A DNA stretch of 64,000 bases from Salpingoeca rosetta (taxonomy: Eukaryota; Protista; Choanoflagellata). The stretch's first letter is position 1. Every line of letters begins with the position of its first letter. The position numbers were made by a program, and so were the translations under genes. The stretch covers positions 1,591,672-1,655,671 of the forward strand of contig JAWQFM010000009.1 in assembly GCA_033442325.1 (NCBI GenBank). The letters run 5' to 3'. A model generated the notes under the pieces. The model ran no database searches. It was given only the letters and a program-made list of their open reading frames with translations, and was not told the DNA's origin. Shown in pieces: positions 33,638 to 49,103 of the stretch.

Positions 33638-36277
33638 TCAAGGCTGCGACTTGGCTGCTTGCTTCTTGGCTGCCAGCCACTCATCAATCTCAGCCTTGAG
33701 CTCGGGCACTGCAAACATATGTGCGTGTGTGTGTGTGGTGTTGTTGTTGCTGTGTGAGTACACAAGGGAAGGGAGAGGCACACAAGGGAAGAGAGAGGCG
33801 CGAAGAGGGTGCAACCTCCACCCATTTGTTGCTCCACCCACTCCCATCCACTCCATGCTCACCTGGCACGAGGTCATCTGCAGAGAGTGGGCTGCGGTTG
33901 AACGGATCGGTGGGATCTGAGAGGAGGTGCTGGATAATCACAGAGCGGTCCACTGATGGCGGTGGCAACATGGACAGGAGAGAGATTGGCGTAAGCACGT
34001 GGGGCTCGAGTAACGGACCCATGGGACTGACTGCATCGAGCGCTCGCCGCACTACGATACACGCAACATGACACAACGGACACGCACAACAAAAAACAAC
34101 CAAACAGACAGACAGACACGTACACAAACAACAACCACAAACAGCCAAACAAATGCACATGCACATGCACGCAGGCAGGTGCAGGGCAGCAAACTGACTG
34201 ATGGTCTGGCTGGACGGCAGTTTCACGGGGTCCTTCATCAAGGTGTACATGACGGGATCTAATGCAATTGCGTGTGCAAGTGGATATCAGTACTGCGAAT
34301 GTGTGCTTGTATGGTTGCGTGTTGTATGTGCGGTTGTAGTTGCTCGCTTCCTTCAGTGGTGTGAAGCAACAGTAGTCCAGGCAACAGTCGTTACCAAGAT
34401 ACTCGTCGGGAATGTCTCCGAGATCCGCTTCCTCCGTCTGCATCTCCTCATGCGCAGCCTGGTCATGCACACACACGCACGCATGCACACAATCACGCAC
34501 ACACGTGCACAGAGAACCAAGTTGTGAGCGATGAGAAAGACGTGCAGTGAGGTGTGGGTGATGAGAACGCAGCGAGAAGCCACACCTTGGCCACTTGAAT
34601 CAGCTGCCGGAAGTGCTTCACATCATCCTGCAGATGCATCGCACAGGCGCACATGTGAGGATGAGAGGTGGAAGTGAACAACGGCGACATTCAAACACAC
34701 ACACACACGCACACGCACACACGCACACACACACACATACGCGCGCACACACACACATACGTAAGCGGTTGAGTTTCGCTCGAGAGTTGCGAGCGCCTTG
34801 AGGAGGAACGAGTGGTCGTAGCGTGCATCCTCAATCACAGCGGAGATGAACTTGGGCTGTGGAGGTGTGGAGATGGCAGGAAGCAATGGAGAGCAAAAGT
34901 TGCTTGAGGAGAGGTGGCAGGTGACAGCATGCACATAGATGGTCAAGCAGTGTCTGACGCCACGCGCCACGGTCGCTCACTGACCGCGCGTGAGCAAATC
35001 ACACCACACATCACAAACAACAGGAATACGTCGTCGTCATCATCATGACCACCACGACCATCACAACTGTCGCCGCCGTCAACGCACGTCTGGGTTATCG
35101 GGCCCACGGGTGGGGATGCGGGAGCAGTGAAGATAGATGGCGACGAGCTGGCGCAGAACTTCAATGGGGTTGAAGTCGTACTCGCGCAGCTGGTCAAGCT
35201 GGTGGAGGATGGGGGAAAGGGGCAGGGGATAAGAGGGGGGATGGTTAAAATGATTGGTCGGCACAATGGTGGAGGGCGCGAGGAGGCGTGACAGTGAGAG
35301 GGAAGTGACACACACACACGCACATACACAAACACGCAAGCACATGCATGTGAGAAAAGCAGGCGGCCAGGCAAACAGCACGCACAGCAGGCACGATGTG
35401 CAGACGCACCTCCATCTTGCTTGCTTGTGGACCAAAGAGCCACCTGATGTTGCTGTTGAGCATGCCCGCGAGACGACCAACCACCTCCGTCCGCAGAAAC
35501 GGGTCGACAACAGCGCCAGAGAGATTGTTGAAGAAGTGCAGCGTCTCCCCAGCTGGTAGTGGTGGCGACGAAAGGCAGAAGGCGTGGATGTGAACGCGTG
35601 CGTGTGAATGCGTGTTGTGTTGGGTGTTGTGGTGTGTTGTGTGTGGTGTGGTGTGTGGGGTGTGTGCGTGTTGTGTTGTGTGTGTGTATGTGTATGTGTT
35701 GTGTGAATGTGAGTGGGTGGTTCGGCACAGACACGAAGATGCGTTGGAGACGTGATCAACACATGTGGCCATCACCCACCGAGCATGGACAGTGTCTTGG
35801 CCTGGTTCTCGAGCTTCGGCAGCTCTTGCTGAGCCTGTAATGCCAATGAAAACACACGCAGGAACACACACACACACACAGACACACACACAGGCACACA
35901 CACAGACACACACACACACACACACACAGGGGACGTCAGGGTGAATTGACTCAGAGCTTCACTCCTGAATGCATGCACCTCAGTACCATTCATTTCACCA
36001 GCACCAGCAACACTTCCGCTGTGACTGTGAGAGGAACATCACCTCCTCGCGTGTCTGGTCTTCGTCAGTCCATTCTGCCTGCGCCAGACGCCGCTTCAGA
36101 TTCTTGATCTTCACCAAACAGTCAAACACTGCACACCATATCATGTAGGTGGCGATGGCGGCGGTGGTGTGAATGGCGACAGTTGAAGTCAGCAAGCAAA
36201 CGCACACATCCAAAACAACAAGTGCACACACGCCCGCTTTCATGCACATGTTCACCTTCGCTCGCTCCCACAACCCC

Positions 36278-36326
<49 letters not shown>

Positions 36327-36449
36327 CCTTCGTCAAAGAAGAGGGTGGTGTCGTTGATCAGCAGCATGACGAAACGAACAAAGCCGTCGTCCTGCGTGCT
36401 GGCGATGATTGCGTCACGGCTCTTCGGGTTCTGAACACAGAAGAAACAA

Positions 36450-36499
<50 letters not shown>

Positions 36500-37108
36500 C
36501 AGCCGCTTGCCGTGCATGAGCATCGAACACAGTCAACAAAACTACAACCGAACCACACACGCACACACGAGCACACACGCGCACACCTGCCACATTGACT
36601 TGAGGATGAGCTGGAGATTGTAGCGGACGCCTGGGCGGGCGTAGTAGTCCACCTCCTCCGCATCTGCACGCAGTCGCCATACGGCGATGCAGGACATGAT
36701 GAGGCGGAGTTGCGATGACGTGTACATGTGTACATATTTGCATGTACAATTGTTTGAGAAAAACACGCGCGCAAGCCAACTCGCAACAGGCGAAAATGTG
36801 CGCATGTGCGCATGTGTGTGTGTGTGTGTTTTGGAGGAACGCACCAACGTAGAAGCGCATGAGCGCTGGTCCAAGGTGGTTCATGCCGAGGTCCGTCTGC
36901 AGCAGCGAAGACAGGAACGACGTGTTGGGTGCTTTGTCAGGCAGCAGACTCGACAGTATCTGCGATGGCAACGGTCGGCCGGTTGGTCGACCGGTTGGTT
37001 GGCGGGTGGTTGGTGGGTGGTTGGTGGGTGGTTGGTGGGTGGAGAATGGAGCAGTGAGGTTGGGATGACTCACTGCATCTTGGACGTGCTGTCTGCATAA
37101 CACCGCAT

Positions 37109-37191
<83 letters not shown>

Positions 37192-38607
37192 CCAGTCGGT
37201 GGTGCCTGTCCACCAAAAGCCAACGGAGACACTAACACAGCACACCGTAACACCGCACCACACCACAGCACACTGTAGAACAATACAACACAAGCACCGC
37301 AAGGCAGCACGGCCGCACCTCGACAATCTTTGAGCGCTCAAAGGCGATGGGAATGTGCTTTGAGCTGAGGAGAAAGGCAACGAAGAAGCGCATGATGTAC
37401 GGCGTTGCCGCCGTCGACGTGAACAGATGCGGGGCACTCCTGCACACACACACAGCGATAGAGACAAGGACGAGTGAGCGAGAGTGTGAGTGAGTGAGTG
37501 AGTGTGTGTGTGAGTGAGGCAGTGAGTGAGCGAGCGAGTGAGTGAGTGAGGAGCAAATACATGCGCACACATGCAAGTGAGCTGGTCGACGTACACACAC
37601 AACGCACACACACATCACACACACATCACACACGTGCGCAAACAAGCGTGTGCTTGATTTCTTTCCACCTTGCGACGAAGAGGAAGAACTCAATCACGTC
37701 GTACACAAAGTACTCTGGCATGTTCGCCCACTGCGGCGAAATCTCGGCAGGAAGCGGGATGGTGTCGTTTCCGCCAGCCTGAACCGTCAGCGGTGGTGCA
37801 TGCATGCATGCATGTGTGTGTGTGTGTGTGCGTGTGAGTGTGTGTGTGTGTGTGCAAATGTGTGAACGTGTGGACGTAAGACCGACTACGTGAGTGCATG
37901 CGTAAGCATGATGAAACCATGGCAATAGGACACAACACATGCGCCAAAGCACTGTGCAGTGCATACTCACCACTTGGAGCAGCCACGCGGCGACAAAGCC
38001 GTAAAACTCAACCAAGTCGCCCAGCAGCGCTGATGGGAAGATGCAGCATATGCAGTGCATGCGTAGGGGTATGCAAACGCGTGTGAGCGAGGAAGAGGCG
38101 GCTTGCACTTGTCTCGAGAAGATGAACCATGCGCAAACGGAAGACCTCAGCAGCAACACAGGGGAAAGTGGTCCAATCCCCACTTTGCACCTGTCACCAT
38201 CAACATCCTCACCATTACTCCCATCCCCACCTCACCAACACCGACACCGACACCAGCAGGACCCCTCTCCCCCGCACCATCGCCTTTGCCCTACCTTCGT
38301 TGAGCACATCTGCCTCAAACGCGAGCCGCTCAGCAATGAGCGTGTCAAGCTGTGCGGCAAGCTGTGCAGCCTGCTCCCCGCGCTGCCTCGCTGCTGCCAG
38401 TTCGCGGTCAATGAAGGCAAGCCGGCTGCGGCCAGAGCGGTATGTGGCGTTGAGGCGCGCTGTTGCCGGCAGGAAGCCAATGTGCAGCACATGCAGCGTT
38501 GTGAAGAACTGCCGTGACAGCATCTAACGATGGCGGTAATGGTTATGATGGTGATGATGTTCGTGGGGGTGTGAAGACAGAGGTGTGAGTAGACAATGCT
38601 GCGCAGC

Positions 38608-38678
<71 letters not shown>

Positions 38679-39205
38679 TTCTCTCCCCCCCCCAGCCCCT
38701 TTGCCTTTGAACAGCCACAACAACGCAGGTCCAACTCCATATGACGACAACGCGCAACACACAATGGTTTTCTCTGGCAGCGGGGACGCCTGCAGCTCTG
38801 CCCGCGTGTCCTCAAACCACTTCTTCGTCTCCTCCTCCGACGCCTTCAGTCGCGTCTCCTGTTACGCAGTGCCGAAGGCGATTGGATAAGCAACGAGTAT
38901 CAACCACAGGCATACGCATGTCACACACACGTACGCATATCCAATTCAAAGTAACACCCCCACACGCACCAATTATACACACACACACACAACCACATGC
39001 ATTTGTACATGTACGGGCGCACCTTCTGTGTGTCGTTGGGTGCATCCTCCATGGCGAGCATGCGAATGTCAAAATCAATCGCCTTCGCCTTGAGTTTCGC
39101 AGCATCAAACGTGACCAGCTTGTGGCTCAGCTGCGTCGTCGTTGTCGGTATTGTGGTGGTGGTGGTGGTGGTGACCATGGTGGGTGAGTTGACACGTGAT
39201 GTTAG

Positions 39206-39263
<58 letters not shown>

Positions 39264-39716
39264 AAAGAGAAACTAACACCAAACATCATGCACACACACA
39301 ACGCACACATACAGCACACGCCTACACACAAGTGCACACCTGCTTCATGAGGACGGTGAGGTTCATGGCGACGTTGTCGGAATTCGTGAACTGCATGCAA
39401 GCAAGCAAGTGGCGGCAGTGGAGCGAAGGGGTGAATCACGCGCCCGTCGAAGGCACAAACATGCACACGCACACACATCTCATGCACACAACACACACAC
39501 GATTCACACACACGATTCACACACACGATTCACACACATTCACACATATTTGTACATCCACACTGAAACAATCCCCTCGCCTCTCTGCAAGCGGCAGGCT
39601 GCCTGACCAGCATGAGGTTTGCGCCAGCGAGCTGGGACCCGAGCTGTGCGCGTTTTGCATTCACGGCACAAGCAATCTTCAGAAACGCAAAGAACCGCTG
39701 GCGCCCATCAGCCGTC

Positions 39717-39803
<87 letters not shown>

Positions 39804-41370
39804 TGCATGGTCATGATGCGGGCAAGGTATACGGTTAGGACCGGTCTATGGGGCCGTATTGTGGTTGAGTGAGACGCTGATGCGTTTGGGGAGAGCTGCG
39901 CTTCCAACCAACCACCAAGACACGCCGATACAGCGCCCTTCCACACTAAACCACACTTTGCCAACCCAACTCTCAAGTAAACCTCACACCCATCCATTCA
40001 CAGTGCAATGCACGCCCACCTGAGAAAGCCCTTGCACGTCTGGACAAGGTGCTGTCGATAGAGCGCGAGGGATGTCCGCAGCGTGGACTGCGTCGACTCA
40101 ACAACAGACGGCGGCAGCCTGCATATGTGGTCATTGGGCGAGGGCGGAGGTGCCAGTGTGTGCATGTGCATGTGCATGCGTGTACGTGTGTGAGCATGCG
40201 TGTGCATGCGTGTGCGTGTGTGTGCGTGTGCGTGTGTGTGCGTGTTTTCCACTTCGACACCGTCCAAAATATCAACACAGCCTCCTCCAACGCCACCATC
40301 AGGCAGCCGCCACGCCCACGGCCACCAATAACACACCTGCGGTCCTTGACGGTAAAGAGCGACGCTGCCGAGAACCGTGGCCGTGATGCAAGCAGCGGGA
40401 ATGGCTGGACACATGTACAGAGACAAGGGAGTGTTTGATTCAGTGAGTGAGAGATACACGCACGCACGTACGCACGTACGCACGCACGTACGTGCAAAAT
40501 GCACGTAAACATGCTGCGGGAGAGAGTGAGCGGTGACATGCACGTGCACGTGTGTGTATGCGTGAACGTGTGTGCGTGTATGTCGCTGCATGCGCCATGT
40601 CGTCAAGTGTGCATGCATCTTCTGCACGCCTGTGCGCGTACAACAAGCGTGTGCGCGCATCACCTGCTCTGATGGAATGACGCCTGGCTCGAGGAAGACG
40701 CCGATGGGTGAGTTTGTCACCGCCGCCGCCGTCTCGCTGTCGGGCAGGAAGTTGGCATGCATCACAAGCTGCAGTGTTTTTTTGTTGTTTGGGGGAGAAT
40801 GAAACAGGTGAGGGCAGTTGGTGGCGGTTGGTCGGTGATGGGGTGGGTGCACGGACCAAGGAAGACAGAGCAACGATGGCATGATGGACAAAGGGCAGGC
40901 GGCCACAACCAATCATGAGCAACGCGAACAGCACGAACGACACGACAACACGAACAACGCGGACAACGCAACATGTGCAGATGCCTCGCGGGTCACGTAC
41001 CGCGTGTGCCACGGGAAGGGGCTGCCCTTTGTGGGCGGTGCCGAGACTGCAGCACGCCTGGAACGCCTATATTCGCCAGTGACAATGACACGGTTGAACG
41101 GACGTGAACCACGGACGAACACCATGCACGCACACGCGAACAACGCACACGAGCAAAACTACGCATGCACGCATGCACACACACACACACCTGCAGGACT
41201 GGCAGGGCTTGCTGGATGTCGCGTGTCTGCCGCGCAATCTCACACAGCTCGCTCAGCACAGGCAGAAAGATCTGACACGGGCAAACACACGCACATGTGT
41301 GTGAACACTCGGACAGGGAATGGCATCATTGGAAGTGCCGGGATGTGACCGTGTTTGGGATGTATCACAT

Positions 41371-41457
<87 letters not shown>

Positions 41458-42149
41458 TATGCACACACACACACACTCGTACCGTTTCGATGCCTGCTGG
41501 GTCGTCCTGTGCACACACGTCCACGACAGCAGAGAGGAACGGACCCAGCTCCGCCTTTGTCAGCAGCGCCTGCACAACCCACTTGCGCGCATCACGCGTC
41601 TCCCTGCAGGCCACGCGGGGGGAGGGGCAAGCGAGTGTGTGATGGCGCGTGTGTGAGTGTGCGTAATTCCGCATGAGAGAGACAAACACATTGTGTGTGA
41701 TTGCGGGTGGTTGTGGGTGGTTCTGTGATTGTGCGCATGTGTGTGCGTGTGCGATCATGTGTGATCATGTGCATGTGTGCAAGTGGCATAACGTCGTTGA
41801 GAGACGAGAGCACGTGGTGTGGCCTTGACTCACGCGTCCACGGGGAACATGGGCTCGTCCAGCATGAGGATCGTGTTTGCATAGCTCGCTGCAAGCTCTT
41901 GCGTCAGTTCTGCCAGGCGCCGCAGCCGCGACTTTGGAGGCAGCACGCGCAGACGGCCAGCGGCACGGTGGAAACATTGTGCAAGATACGCGATGGATTT
42001 CGGAGCTGCGGGGGCATCAGCAAGGAGATGCGCCATAATGATGGCGTCGACAAACTTGCGCTCGTCTGCAGGAGGGACATGAATGAGAGAGAGAGAGGGA
42101 GAGAGAGAGAGAGAGAGAGTTAGGGAGAGAGAGAGTTAGGGAGGGAGGG

Positions 42150-42180
<31 letters not shown>

Positions 42181-43829
42181 GAGGCAGAGAGACAAAGAGA
42201 GAGAGAGAAAGGGGGGGGGAGCGTTACGCAGGCCACACGCGGCGACATGAAGGGAAATGCAAGTGGCAGTGGGTAAGCGGCACATAACACCACCACAAAT
42301 CATGCACTCAACATACACACAGATGGATCCCGAGATAGCAACACGCACGCACGCAAGCACACACACCGAGCTCTGTGTCGTCCTTGAATTCCTGGAGCAG
42401 GTGCGGGCAGGGGACGGGCTGAGCACCGCTGCCGCTGTTGGACAGACGCATCTGTGCAATTGACAGGTCGCCCTTTATGGTCGTGCGTCAGGTGGGAGGG
42501 TGTGGGGTCATTCGTGTGCGGATGTGTGTGTGTGTGCGTGGGTGTGTGTGTGTATGTGTGTGTATGTGTGTGCGGATGTGTGTGTATGTGTGTGTGTGTG
42601 TGTGTGATTGAATGAGCTGAGTCATTCAATACAGCGCCGGCACCAGCACGATTATCACCGCCAGCAACAGGTCGATAGGAGAAGCAAAAGACCCACATGA
42701 CCAACATCGACGAGAAAAGCGCGAACAGGACCGCACATGCCGGCTCTGCTCATACCTGGTCTCTGTATTCCACATTGAGAACGGTGCGAGCAAAGTCGTG
42801 TGCGTACTCGTACAGGACGTTTGACGCTGCCGCTGATGCTGGCGATGATCGAGATGGCGACATGGCCTTTGGCCTGAAAGCCACAGCAAGTTTGCACGCA
42901 CGCACACGGAACGCATTCGACAACAGCGAGTGTGAATGCATGAGAACTTGAGCTTGCCACACACACACACACACACACACACACAAGTACACACAAGTGC
43001 ACACACACAAGTCTACACAAGAGCACACACACACACAAGTACACACAAGAGCACACAAGAGCACGCAAGAGCACACACACACACACAAGCATACAACACA
43101 GTGGTGCAAAGTGGTGTTGACGCAAGTGATGAGCCACGTTTCATGTGGTCGCTTACAATTTGGCTGGCGAAGCTTGCTGTGAAGCACCTGTTTTGGCGGG
43201 TGCTGCATCGTCTTGGGTCAGGCTCAGGAAAGGGTTGTCGCCGCTGCTGGTGTTGCTGCTGGTGTTGCTGGTGTCCATTGATGTGGTGGTTGCAGCCGCT
43301 GTTGCGGTGTTGGTTTTCTCATCTTTGCTGGCTGTAATTGGCGTCTCACTCGTCGCTGAATCCTGCTCGGGCGCGATGCATGCGATGTGTGAGTGCGTTG
43401 TGGTGCGTGAACGTTTGAGGTGCGTGAGTGCGTGTTTTGTTGTGAATGTGAGTGTGTGTTTGTGTGACATGGTGACCGGGTTCGCCACGGTCGACACATG
43501 TGGCCACATAGTGTCACGTGTACACAACTCGTCGACCTTCCCTCACCCACACAAACCCACTCGCAAAACACACCCACACACACAACCTCATCACAAACGC
43601 AAACACACACCCACACACACACCTCCTGTGCAGCCCGTTTGGACGGTGGTGTTGACTGTAGCCTGGCCAAGCGTGCCAGCCGTTTTGCACGGATGTCATT
43701 CGCTGGTCGAGCAACGGGTTCGGCAGGCTGTCCGTGGGTGGCTGCCTCGCCTCCGTCCTGTGGCCCCTGCTCCTCCTCCTCTGGCTGCCGTTGCTGCCGT
43801 TGCTGCTGTTGCTCGTCGCTCCCGTCCAT
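33638..43829 (-). CDS. UBE4B: U-box E3/E4 ubiquitin ligase UBE4B/UFD2, multi-exon
   Basis: N-terminal ANDIRAKRLARLA; UFD2-core motifs WANMPEYFVYDVIEF, FVRFVMLLINDTTLFFD, FLRTEVVGRLAGMLNSN, EYDFNPIEVLRQLVAIYLH; U-box IPDEYL|DPVMYTLMKDPVKLPSS|VDRSVIIQHLLSDPTDPFNRSPL|VPELKAEIDEW. Confidence 0.95.
37108..37191. repeat. (CAA)n microsatellite in UBE4B intron
   Basis: Direct reading of the sequence. Confidence 0.95.
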
Positions 43830-44049
43830 CTTGTCGCGGGCTGCTTGCTGCTTGCTTGTCTTGTCTGCCGTTTCTTGTTGTCTTGTCGTCGTGTCAGCAG
43901 TCTCAGAAAGTGCTGAGTCAGCAGTTCCCCAGTTGGCGCCAAACCTTCGAAAAGCGCGGAAACACACAAACCACACACAACAACAAGCACACACAAGCAC
44001 ACAGTGCGGCAAGTTGTCTCAACACACAAGCAGACCTGCAACCACCACC

Positions 44050-45211
44050 ATGTGCGGGAGCGGTAGAGCTGATGCGATGGAGACGGAGATGGAGATAGAG
44101 ATGGAGATGGGAGTGGACGTGCAGGTACCGCCACTGCCGCCCGGCCCTCCGCCACGCAGCGCTGTTCGCAAAGCAAGGAAGCGAGCAAAGCGGCAACCGC
44201 AACACCCAGAACACAACGAGATGGACCATGACGACGACAATGACAACGACACAGACTTGATGGATTCGGATGCTTCACCGCCCTCCTCTCAACCCACACC
44301 GCCAATCGTGTTTGCTGACTCGTCCCCAGAAGAACCCTCTCTTCGACTCTCGGTCAGCACTCGTGAATCCTTTGTTCACATGTGTGTGCGTTGAAGCTGT
44401 AGCACGACACCACGCCAACTCGCTCCCACTCATACTCACAGTTTTACTCACGCTTACATGTTCACACTCTCACTCAACCTCATATTCTCATACTCACTCG
44501 CTCGCATTCTCACTCACCCCTCCCCTTTCTTTCTTTCTTTCTTTCTCTCTGACACCCATAATGCCTTCATCGCGCAGCAACAAGCGGCGGCTGTCGCTGC
44601 CTTTTTCACACCCCGATCACGAAGACGCTCATCTTCCTCAGCAACAGCAAGCACAGCGCCTGCATCGAAGCCCAAAACATCTGCAAAGCCCCGCCTTCGT
44701 CGCCGGTCACGCAGCGCCAAGTCCAGCCCCATCACCTTTCCCACCCACACTGTCCAGCTGACCGACTGGAGCAACCCGCCCCTGCCCTCCACGCGCGCAC
44801 AGCAGCGCTTTTCGACGGCTGCTCTATTTCACGCGTCTCGCACTCGACTCCGCCCAGGGATGCAGACAACACAAAGTGCGTGTGATGTCATGGTGGGCAC
44901 AGAAAAGAGGGTGCAGTCTGTCGTGGCCCCTGCATGGGTTCTGCATCAACCAACACCGTGGCGCAAAGCATAGTGTCGTTGCTGCTGATACACCTGTCAC
45001 CATCACATTGCCCCCCCCCCCCATAGTCACGGTCCTGATCCTTTATTCCTGCTTTCTCCTCTTCTGCAGGACACATGTCCCTGTCTCACATGCTGCGAAA
45101 GGGCGTAACCCTCACCAACGTGGCGTCGGCACATGTTGGCCAGTCCATCGACACCCTCCTTCTCCGCTACTCCCAAGGTATGATGCGCGCGCGTGTGTGG
45201 GTATGTGCAAG

Positions 45212-45267
<56 letters not shown>

Positions 45268-45722
45268 GTTGTGTAGCAGAGGCTTCGCACACAAACCCAG
45301 ACGGCGAGTTGCCTACCTGCAGGAGTCTAGCATTGAGTGCGCGTAGACCGGCACCGATGACTCATTCCGTGAAAACGAGATCCTGTGGGAGTTTTGTATC
45401 ACGACGCAGAACCCCTATCGTTCGTCCGCATCGCGTTTTGTTTACATCTAAGACCTGGCAGACAGTACTTTGTTTATGCTTCCTTGGCATCTTTTCGTTC
45501 TGAGCTGCCTAACCTAACCAATTAGTCAGAGCTGTACCCGCCTGTGGTATTAGTAAGGCAGTGCCCGGTTAACTGAGATNNNNNNNNNNNNNNNNNNNNN
45601 NNNNNNNNNNNNNNNNNNNNNNNNNNNNNNNNNNNNNNNNNNNNNNNNNNNNNNNNNNNNNNNNNNNNNNNNNNNNNNNNNNNNNNNNNNNNNNNNNNNN
45701 NNNNNNNNNNNNNNNNNNNNNA

Positions 45723-45774
<52 letters not shown>

Positions 45775-47959
45775 CGGGTTGTGCATCCGTTGTCGCATCA
45801 AGTGTCGCATGCCACACGTTTTCTCACGATCACAATGTTGGTGCTCTCATGGCCGTTGCTGTTGTCGTTTTTGTTGTCATCGATCAGGGTGGCAGAGCGG
45901 GTGCCTTGCAGCATGTATTGATGGCGTGTGCGAGTTGTTTCAAGACGAAGAAGAGGGTGGCATGCAAGCCTACGACCACGCAAGTGCGTTGACACAGTGC
46001 TGTTGCTGTTGCTGTTGTCATTTTGCCCTGTAGCGCGCACAGTTCCATTCTCACACAGCCTCATATGCGGCTTCGTGTGAATTTGTGTGAATTCGTGTGA
46101 ATTTGTGTGAATTCGTGTGAATTTGTGATTTTGTGTGTGTGTGTGTGTGTGTGTGTGCGTCCGACATGTACATACGTTTTGCATGTGTATACTTACGCGT
46201 AAACTTGCATACACGTGTGTTTCAATACGTGTCGCTGCGCCCACCAGTTGAGCTTGGCAGCAGTGCTGTCTTCGACATGGCGTGGGTGCCACGTGAACCG
46301 CTCATCTCCTTTGCCGTCGACCGTCACTGCCAACTTGTCAATCTCCACCGCATCGAATACAAGACCGTGAGTTGTGAAGCTCGATGCAAAGTTCGACGTG
46401 TTTGTTAGTTTGTTTGTTTGTTTGTTTGTTTGTTTGTTTGTTTGTTTGTTTGTCTGCTAGTGTTGGTGTTCGTGTAAGTGATGTTGCGTGCGTGCAAGTG
46501 TGTGTCCTGCCTCGTACTCGCATTCGACTGCTGTTCCATTGACAGTTTGATATATGATGCATGCACACAACGCACGCCACGCATGCGCTGTCTATGTTTG
46601 CCAGACATTTGATGCCGGGAACTTTGAAACTGTGTCGGCGATTGATGCCAACCCCGACTGCAAAGGTGTGCGTGCGGTCTTATGACACGCAGCAACAGTA
46701 TTGCAAGTTGCCGTTGACTCGCCAAGGACTCGACTCGTCACTCGCATTCCCTGGCGCCCCTGCAATCACCATTCTCTCCAACGCTCACCATCACCACCAT
46801 CACCATCACCACCATCACCACGTTGCAGATGTGCTTGGGAGCGGGACGAAGAGCGGGTCCATCGCCCTGTGGGACCGCCGTGTATGTGGCGGCGCAGCCG
46901 TCATGGGCACGCACGCAACATACGCAAAGCCTGCACGCGAGTGGCGTATTGACACACTGTCCACGGTCCGTTCAAACAGCAGCACCAACACGAGTCCCAT
47001 CAACAGCAGCACCGGCAGCACCGCTGGGCAGACGGCACCAAGATTCAGGCAACAGCGGCCATTGACCGTCACAAGTCGGGTCGTTGACAACAATCCTGCT
47101 GCACCCTCATCATCGTCGTCGTCGGCGTCGTTGCGTCAGCGACCAGCACCGTCGCCAGCTGTGCACCGCATTCGCTTCTTCCCAGACGGTCGACACTTTG
47201 CCACAGTCACAGAGCGCAGGTGCAAAACCCGTGTGCCTGTATGTCTGTGTGTGTGTGTTTGCGTAAAGCGTGTGCGTATGTGTGTGTGTGTGCGTATGTG
47301 TGTGTGTGCGTGTGTGTCTGTCTGTGTGTCTGTCTGTCTGTGCGTGCGTATGCCTCTGCGTATATATGTGTGTATGTGTGAGTGAGTTTGTTTCCGCGCG
47401 CTTACGCTTGAAACATTATGCTCACATCGTGCGTTTGCATCTCAACTCCCCTGACACAGCGGCGTTCTGCTGTGGGACATGAGGAAACCGTACCGTGCGC
47501 ACGCCCGCCAGCCAACACCGGTTTGCTCCATTGAGCCGCAACTGCGCACACAACGAGGTGTGGGCTGCAAAGACATTGCGTCGCCATTGCATCATGTCGC
47601 GCTGCACACGTACGAAGTGCTGTCGTGCACACTCGCCCCTCGATCACAAGCGCGTTGCCAATCACTTTTACCCTCACACACACACACACATACGCGCACA
47701 CGTGCATGCGCATGCACGCTCACTCACATGCACGCACACGCACGCACGCACACCATTGCTTGTGTACATTCTTGTGTCCTTGGAAGGGAGCAACTTTATG
47801 CAGTTTGACATTGACACGACTGGTCGGCGAATGATGATTGCGTCAGCAGCACTCGACACCGTTGTCTGCGAAGGGTTCATGGAGAACGGTGAGATCACGT
47901 TTATGAGTGTATGTGCATTGTGTGTGTGTGTGTGCGTTGTTTGTGTATGCATGTGGTAC

Positions 47960-47994
<35 letters not shown>

Positions 47995-49103
47995 AAAACT
48001 TTGTGTGTTTTGACGGTTGGAATTTACTTCGAGCTAAGTTTGCAATCGTCTTGCACCCCAACTCAAATCACACACGATCACTCACTCACGTATTCACTCA
48101 CTCACGTATTCTCTCGCATATTCACAATTGCGCCCGTGCACTGCCACGACCCTGCAGCGTTCTCGCACGTGGTGCTGCGTGATTCCGGGATTGGATATGC
48201 ACTCGACACACACATGTCCCCCGATGGCACCGTTGTCGCCAAAACAACGTCGCTGGGACTGCTTCTCTGGCAGGTGCGTTCACGCGAAGATCGCGCGCGC
48301 GCGCGTGTGTGTCTGTATGTGTGTGTGTGTGTGTGTCCGTGTCTGTGTCTGTGTGTCTGTGTGTCTGTGTGTGTCTGTGTGTGGCGGGATCTGTCTTTGC
48401 TCTGTGTCTTTGCTCTGTGCCTGTGTCTGCGTGTCTGCGTGTCTGTCTCTGTGTCTGTCCCCGTCTCTGTGTCTGTCTCTGCTTGTCCTTCTCTGTGTGC
48501 TTGTATGCGGTTGGTGCTTGTGATTCTGTGCATGTTGCTGTTTGGGTCGCACATGCACACACATTGGCATTGCTTCAACTCAACCCCCGCCCACCCACGC
48601 AAAAACACAACCCAACAGGTGGATGAGCCCAACAACGGCTACACCGCCCTAGATGCAACGCCACTAGCGTTTGCATTTGCACCGACCAGACGCAAGCTGC
48701 GCTTCGCCGGCTTTGACTGGGCAGACACGCTCATGGCCGGGTCAGTACGTGTGTGTGTGTGTGTGTGTGTGTCTGTGTGTGTGTGTGTCTGTGTGTGTGC
48801 GCGCGTGTGTATGTCAGTATGTGTGCGCGCGTGTGTATGTCAGTATGAGTGTGTGTATGTCTGTGTGTCTGTGTTCTTGTCGACCTTCATGTCTGTCACT
48901 TCTGTGTGCGCATGTCGCTGTCTCTCTGTCTCTGTCCGTCCGTTGCGTGAGTTCCTGCGTACGCCCGTGCCCCTGCCTCCACTCGTTCCGCTCACAGACC
49001 GATCATTCTCTGCTGTGTGAACGAACACTGTGTACATGTGTTGCAATGTTGTTCACAGGACAATAACGACGGCGCGGTGAAGATGTACGCTTGTCACATG
49101 TAA
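44050..49103 (+). CDS. DTL: Denticleless/Cdt2-like WD40 substrate receptor of CUL4-DDB1 (interrupted by gap 45580-45721; start 44050 or 44077)
   Basis: SAVFDMAWVP, GTKSGSIALWDRR and LLWDMRKPYRAHARQPTP (two WDxR motifs), FDIDTTGRRM, HMSPDGTVV, terminal DNNDGAVKMYACHM*. Order and wording of these motifs follow DTL/Cdt2. Confidence 0.75.

Noticed and set aside
45265-45579. Atypical sequence after a TG array inside the DTL-like gene
   Set aside because: It runs directly into an N gap after a microsatellite; likely degraded read end.
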